A DNA stretch of 30,668 bases, from contig JBCBZT010000071.1 of the NCBI GenBank assembly GCA_039815185.1, positions 1 to 30,668 on the forward strand, written 5' to 3'. This document shows positions 26,983 to 30,668 of this stretch, piece after piece. Origin of the DNA: Cyanobacteria bacterium P01_A01_bin.123. GTDB taxonomy: Bacteria > Cyanobacteriota > Cyanobacteriia > Phormidesmidales > Phormidesmidaceae. The notes under the pieces were generated by a model. It was not told the DNA's origin and searched no databases. It saw only the letters and a program-made list of their open reading frames with translations. Position 1 is the first letter of the stretch; every line of letters starts with the position of its first letter. A program made the translations under genes and the position numbers.

Positions 26983-27471
26983 TCAAAGCGGCTGATGTGT
27001 TTCTGAGACGATCCGCGTTTCGTACAGCACAATCAGATGCCCATCAAAATCGTAAAACCCTTGCTCAGTAAACGATAGGTTGGGTGGTGCGGTGAAATAA
27101 CTGGGTTCAAGTGTGACTAGGGACAGGGCTTGGATCTTCTCAATTTTGCGGATGATGTCTTCGACTTGAATCACCGTAGCGCTGCGGGGAACAGGCTCAA
27201 GCGGTGGCAATTCGATGGCTTTTGCTTCGGTCAGGGCCAGCGCGCGGGGTTCGTGGGTGGTGCTGAGGGCAGCAAACTTCAGTTGGGCCTGCTTAGGCAA
27301 ACCAAAAACTTGATATAAATAAGAGCTAGCCGAGGCTTCGCCGACATAGTCCAACCGGAAGCCTAGAATGTCTCGATAGAGCTGTAGTGATTGTTCCAAG
27401 TCGGCCACGAGCAGGCAAGGACGTTTGAGATGGAGGCCTGCTTTTTTCTCTGGTACAGAGGGGTCGGGCAC
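26983..27471 (-). CDS. VOC/glyoxalase-family protein
   Basis: LLVADLEQSLQLYRDILGF N-terminal motif and FYDFDGHLIVLYE C-terminal motif. Confidence 0.85.
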   Translation of the reverse strand: MPDPSVPEKKAGLHLKRPCLLVADLEQSLQLYRDILGFRLDYVGEASASSYLYQVFGLPKQAQLKFAALSTTHEPRALALTEAKAIELPPLEPVPRSATVIQVEDIIRKIEKIQALSLVTLEPSYFTAPPNLSFTEQGFYDFDGHLIVLYETRIVSETHQPL

Positions 27472-27660
27472 GAAGGATTTGGGTTTGGATAGACCAGATG
27501 AGGTTGAAGACTGCCCCTTGGATGATAAATGGCTAGTAAGTCAACCCTTTTTGCTGAAAATCAAGTCATTGCATCGGTTTGCAACGACGGCAGGTAAACG
27601 TAGGCATTAATAATATACTCAGTTTAAAGCGCCGCTCTGAAATGTTCTTTGAAACCCCAT

Positions 27661-28428
27661 ATGCAAGGATCGTTACGCCCTAACCTGCATCCCTCAATTC
27701 GCCGACTTGCCGACTGCATTGAGGAGATCTGGCAGGAGACCTTGTCCCTGTCTCCTTATTCTGTGCCGGAGGGGTTGGGATATGTTGAGGGGGCTTTAGA
27801 GGGAGAACGTTTGGTGATTGAAAACCAGTGTTACCAGTCGCCTCAGTTTCGTAAGCTGCACTTAGAGTTGGCCCAGATTGGCAATGGCTTAGACATTCTT
27901 CACTGTGTCATGTTCCCGAATTCTGATTATGCACTGCCCATTTTTGGGGTGGACTTGGTGGGACGGCGATATGGATCGATCAGCGCCGCGATTGTAGATT
28001 TGTCTCCCGTGAATCGCGATCGCTCGTTGCCTACCCGCTATCATGCGGCCTTATCCGAATTGCCAGAAGTTCAGTTTTCCCAGCCTAGGGCACTACCTGA
28101 CTGGGGCGACATTTTTTCGAAGTTTTGCCTGTTTATCCGTCCTGATACTGAAGCTGAAGAAGCGCAGTTTATCCAGCGGGTGCATGACTTTTTAACCGTA
28201 CATTGTCAAATTGCCAGCCGCGAAGCGCCCTTGACCTCCACGATGGATATTTTGGGTATTGTGGCAGGGCAGCAAAACTACTGCACCAAGCAACAACAAA
28301 ATGACAAGACCCGTCGCATTCTGGAAAAATCTTTTGGCCCAGAATGGACCGATCGATACATGACCACGATGTTGTTTGACATGGTGATGGAGCCTGAACC
28401 GATTGACGCCGTTGAATCCAAACGATAA
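27661..28428 (+). CDS. pcyA: Phycocyanobilin:ferredoxin oxidoreductase
   Basis: FRKLHLELA, LDILHCVMFP, PIFGVDLV, DLSP, WGDIFS, QQQNDKTRRILEK; catalytic Glu/His/Asp positions present. Confidence 0.93.
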   Translation: MQGSLRPNLHPSIRRLADCIEEIWQETLSLSPYSVPEGLGYVEGALEGERLVIENQCYQSPQFRKLHLELAQIGNGLDILHCVMFPNSDYALPIFGVDLVGRRYGSISAAIVDLSPVNRDRSLPTRYHAALSELPEVQFSQPRALPDWGDIFSKFCLFIRPDTEAEEAQFIQRVHDFLTVHCQIASREAPLTSTMDILGIVAGQQNYCTKQQQNDKTRRILEKSFGPEWTDRYMTTMLFDMVMEPEPIDAVESKR

Positions 28429-29101
28429 TCTACCGTCCTTAGACCAGATTGCGACCCAATTGGCCAGCCCTAGTTCGAGAGATCGAGTGCTGGCGATGAT
28501 TGAACTGCAAAAAGACACAGTTTCTGCTGAAGCCGCTAGCCCGCTGATTCAAAAAGCCTTAAGGGATGAGGCGGTGCAGGTGCGAGGGATGGCTACATTT
28601 TATTTAGGCATTAAGCCGACGCCCCGCAGTTTGAACCAACTGGTGCAAATTTTGACGGATGACCCAGACTACAATGTACGCTCTATGGCGGCAGGGGCGT
28701 TAGGATACCTTGAGGACAAACAAGCTTTAGAGGCGCTACGCCATGCCTTCTATGAAGATACGAGTTGGCTGGTGCAGTTTAGCGCCGCGATCGCGTTGGG
28801 TAATCTCCAAGTTCCCCAGGCCAAGGCGGTATTACTCGATGCCCTAGAGAGCGAGACAGTGTTACTCCAAGAAGCGGCAATTATGGCCCTAGGAGAAATT
28901 GGGGCTGTAGATCAAGTCGAGCGACTATTGACCTTTGTCAGCGCTGAAGACTGGATGATGCGCAAACGATTGGCAGAAGCTCTCGGTAACCTGCCCTGTG
29001 CCCAAAGCAAATCAGCCTTGGCCTACTTACAAAACGATGACAATACTGTCGTTGCAGAAGCAGCTAGCCTAGCGCTAAAACAGTTAACGGAACTGCCTTA
29101 G
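28403..29101 (+). CDS. HEAT-repeat NblB-like protein (phycobilisome degradation/lyase family)
   Basis: L.S...RDRVLAM...QVRGMA...DPDYNVRSMAAGALGYLED...EDTSWLVQFSAAIALGNL...AIMALGEIG closely follows the NblB pattern; TTG start is uncertain. Confidence 0.82.
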   Translation: MTPLNPNDNLPSLDQIATQLASPSSRDRVLAMIELQKDTVSAEAASPLIQKALRDEAVQVRGMATFYLGIKPTPRSLNQLVQILTDDPDYNVRSMAAGALGYLEDKQALEALRHAFYEDTSWLVQFSAAIALGNLQVPQAKAVLLDALESETVLLQEAAIMALGEIGAVDQVERLLTFVSAEDWMMRKRLAEALGNLPCAQSKSALAYLQNDDNTVVAEAASLALKQLTELP

Positions 29102-29662
29102 CTGCTCAATCAGATGATCAAAACAAGGGGCCAGGGATGTGGAGTCGACCGCTAAGCGCTTCAAGCTGGCTTGCTTAATCCCTTCTAGGCCAATCACCAT
29201 GGCGTCTAAAGGCACCTGTAATTCTTGGTAGAGGAGCTGCATGTGATGCAACCCGTCGGTGCTGGTGTAATCAACGCGATCGCCCGCAATGCCATAGGTA
29301 ATGCAGCGCAGAAAATGCCAAAAGTCTCGCCAGCAGGCTTCTGCCCGAACAGCGGGATACAATCCCCCTCCGGGTTGGGTGATATCGGGGAAGGTCGCTA
29401 ACACTTGGGCTCTGGCCTCGTCCACGATATCGCTGACGCGATCGCGCAGTTGTCTGACGACCTCAACTCTGGCCTGAGCTGCCGGAAACAAGGTTCGCAA
29501 CTGCTGTAGGTCTGCATCATTCAGATAGCGGCCCTCATCGTCAGCCGCTTGAAACTGTTGGATGATTTCGCTGGGGTATTGATCTTGCCAGGTAACAAAG
29601 CTGACGATGCGGGCTTTTTTAATTAGGTCTTTAACTCGGTCACTGAGTTGCGGCTTAGTCAT
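29084..29662 (-). CDS. Allophycocyanin-like protein (AplA type) with N-terminal extension
   Basis: Phycobiliprotein motifs AADDEGRYL, PDITQPGG, ACWRD (bilin Cys), LRCITYG; 192 aa, about 30 aa longer at the N-terminus than ApcA/B. Confidence 0.82.
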   Translation of the reverse strand: MTKPQLSDRVKDLIKKARIVSFVTWQDQYPSEIIQQFQAADDEGRYLNDADLQQLRTLFPAAQARVEVVRQLRDRVSDIVDEARAQVLATFPDITQPGGGLYPAVRAEACWRDFWHFLRCITYGIAGDRVDYTSTDGLHHMQLLYQELQVPLDAMVIGLEGIKQASLKRLAVDSTSLAPCFDHLIEQLRQFR

Positions 29663-29820
29663 GGGAAAGAAATTGTGAATTTAAAGATTTGAACAAGAAG
29701 AGTGCCTTTCAGGCTCCTCTCATTTTGAACTCAGCAGCAGTTTAGTCAAGCCTTCGTAAAGTTGGATGGCGGAAAATCATCCGTATTTTCGCTGAGTCCA
29801 CATTATCTACGGTTCAAATC

Positions 29821-30666
29821 ATGAGCAATTACGCTTTGATTTCTATGCAATTGGTTCGAAAGATCGCGATTGCAACTACCTTGGCAATCGGTGCTACTAC
29901 AGCATTGACTGCTAATGCGATGGCCGCAACGCTGAGAGTGACGGTAGATAGCCTAGCTCCTACCGACGGCAACTTTCTAACCCCTGTTTGGGTCGGGTTC
30001 CACGACGGGAGTTTCGATATTTATGATCGCGATGTCTCTCTCGATGGGTTCGGCGGTGTCGAAGCCCTTGTTGAAGACGGCATCAACGACCCTTTGTCGG
30101 AGCGCTTTGCATCGGAGGTGCCCGATGGCGTACAAGGTAACCTAATTGGGCCTACCATTGACCCTATAGGACCTGGTGAAAGCACTAGTTTCACCTTTGA
30201 TGTTGATCCGGCTAGTGGTCAATATTTCAGCTATGCATCGATGATCATCCCGAGTAACGATGCCTTCATTGCCAATGGCAATCCGTTTGCCCATCAGATT
30301 TTTGATGCTGCTGGCAGCTTTATTGGTGCTGACTTTATCGTCACCGGGGCTCAAGTGCTTGACGGTGGCACTGAGGTTAACGATGAAGCTGAGTCCACGA
30401 CTGCATTTCTCGGTCAGACAGTTGCTAATACTGGCGTTGATGAAAATGGCGTCGTTACGCTGCACCCAGGCTTCGATCCCGATGGGCGGATTTTGGCTGC
30501 GTTCCCCGGCGCAGACTTTACCACCCCTGGATTCGAGGTTGCTCGCTTTCGCGTAGAACTCGTTGAAGATGAGGCATCGGTCCCCGAACCTGGAATGGTG
30601 ATGGGGTTGATGGCACTGGGTGGCGTGCTATTGGCTAAGCGGCAATTTAAACCAGCTGAAGGTTAG
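29821..30666 (+). CDS. Secreted spondin-domain protein with PEP-CTERM sorting signal
   Basis: Signal peptide (RKIAIATTLAIGA...ANAMA), TPVWVGFHDG, SMIIPSNDAF, DGGTEVNDE, C-terminal VPEP-hydrophobic-KR; alternative ATG at 29845. Confidence 0.88.
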   Translation: MSNYALISMQLVRKIAIATTLAIGATTALTANAMAATLRVTVDSLAPTDGNFLTPVWVGFHDGSFDIYDRDVSLDGFGGVEALVEDGINDPLSERFASEVPDGVQGNLIGPTIDPIGPGESTSFTFDVDPASGQYFSYASMIIPSNDAFIANGNPFAHQIFDAAGSFIGADFIVTGAQVLDGGTEVNDEAESTTAFLGQTVANTGVDENGVVTLHPGFDPDGRILAAFPGADFTTPGFEVARFRVELVEDEASVPEPGMVMGLMALGGVLLAKRQFKPAEG

Positions 30667-30668
30667 GG

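Noticed and set aside
26907..27032. N-terminal extension of the DUF2656-like ORF
   Set aside because: Overlaps the VOC gene; the conserved motif starts right after ATG 26906.
29750..29815. Degenerate CCGTA/TACGG half-sites upstream of the PEP-CTERM gene
   Set aside because: Too degenerate to call a regulator box without comparative data.

Overview
Cyanobacterial chromosomal window (HIP1 GCGATCGC octamers, pcyA, phycobiliprotein-like gene, rre1/ycf29) in two parts joined at tRNA-Thr(TGT). Left (1-~18,720) is the end of a probable genomic island carrying the 3' part of a hybrid NRPS/PKS line: [E-C-TauD-like hydroxylase] > [interface-A(Asp)-T] > [KS-AT-T-E*] > [C-A(Orn)-T-C*], where * marks a domain lacking its catalytic His. 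It predicts a beta-hydroxy-Asp metallophore/siderophore with a ketide extension and terminal Orn; no thioesterase is visible. A 122-bp MITE with a 9-bp target duplication sits inside the operon. After the last NRPS come stacked IS4, IS701-like and IS630 remnants, then a tyrosine integrase with 11-bp tandem arm-type repeats next to the tRNA. Right (18.8-30.7 kb) looks like core genome: rre1, 2Fe-2S ferredoxin, minCDE, tilS, a small DUF6888/DUF6887-like pair, an HTH protein, a bilin-themed cluster (two HEAT proteins, ankyrin, DUF2656-like, VOC, pcyA, aplA-like) and a spondin/PEP-CTERM protein. All calls come from reading motifs by eye; no database searches were run.
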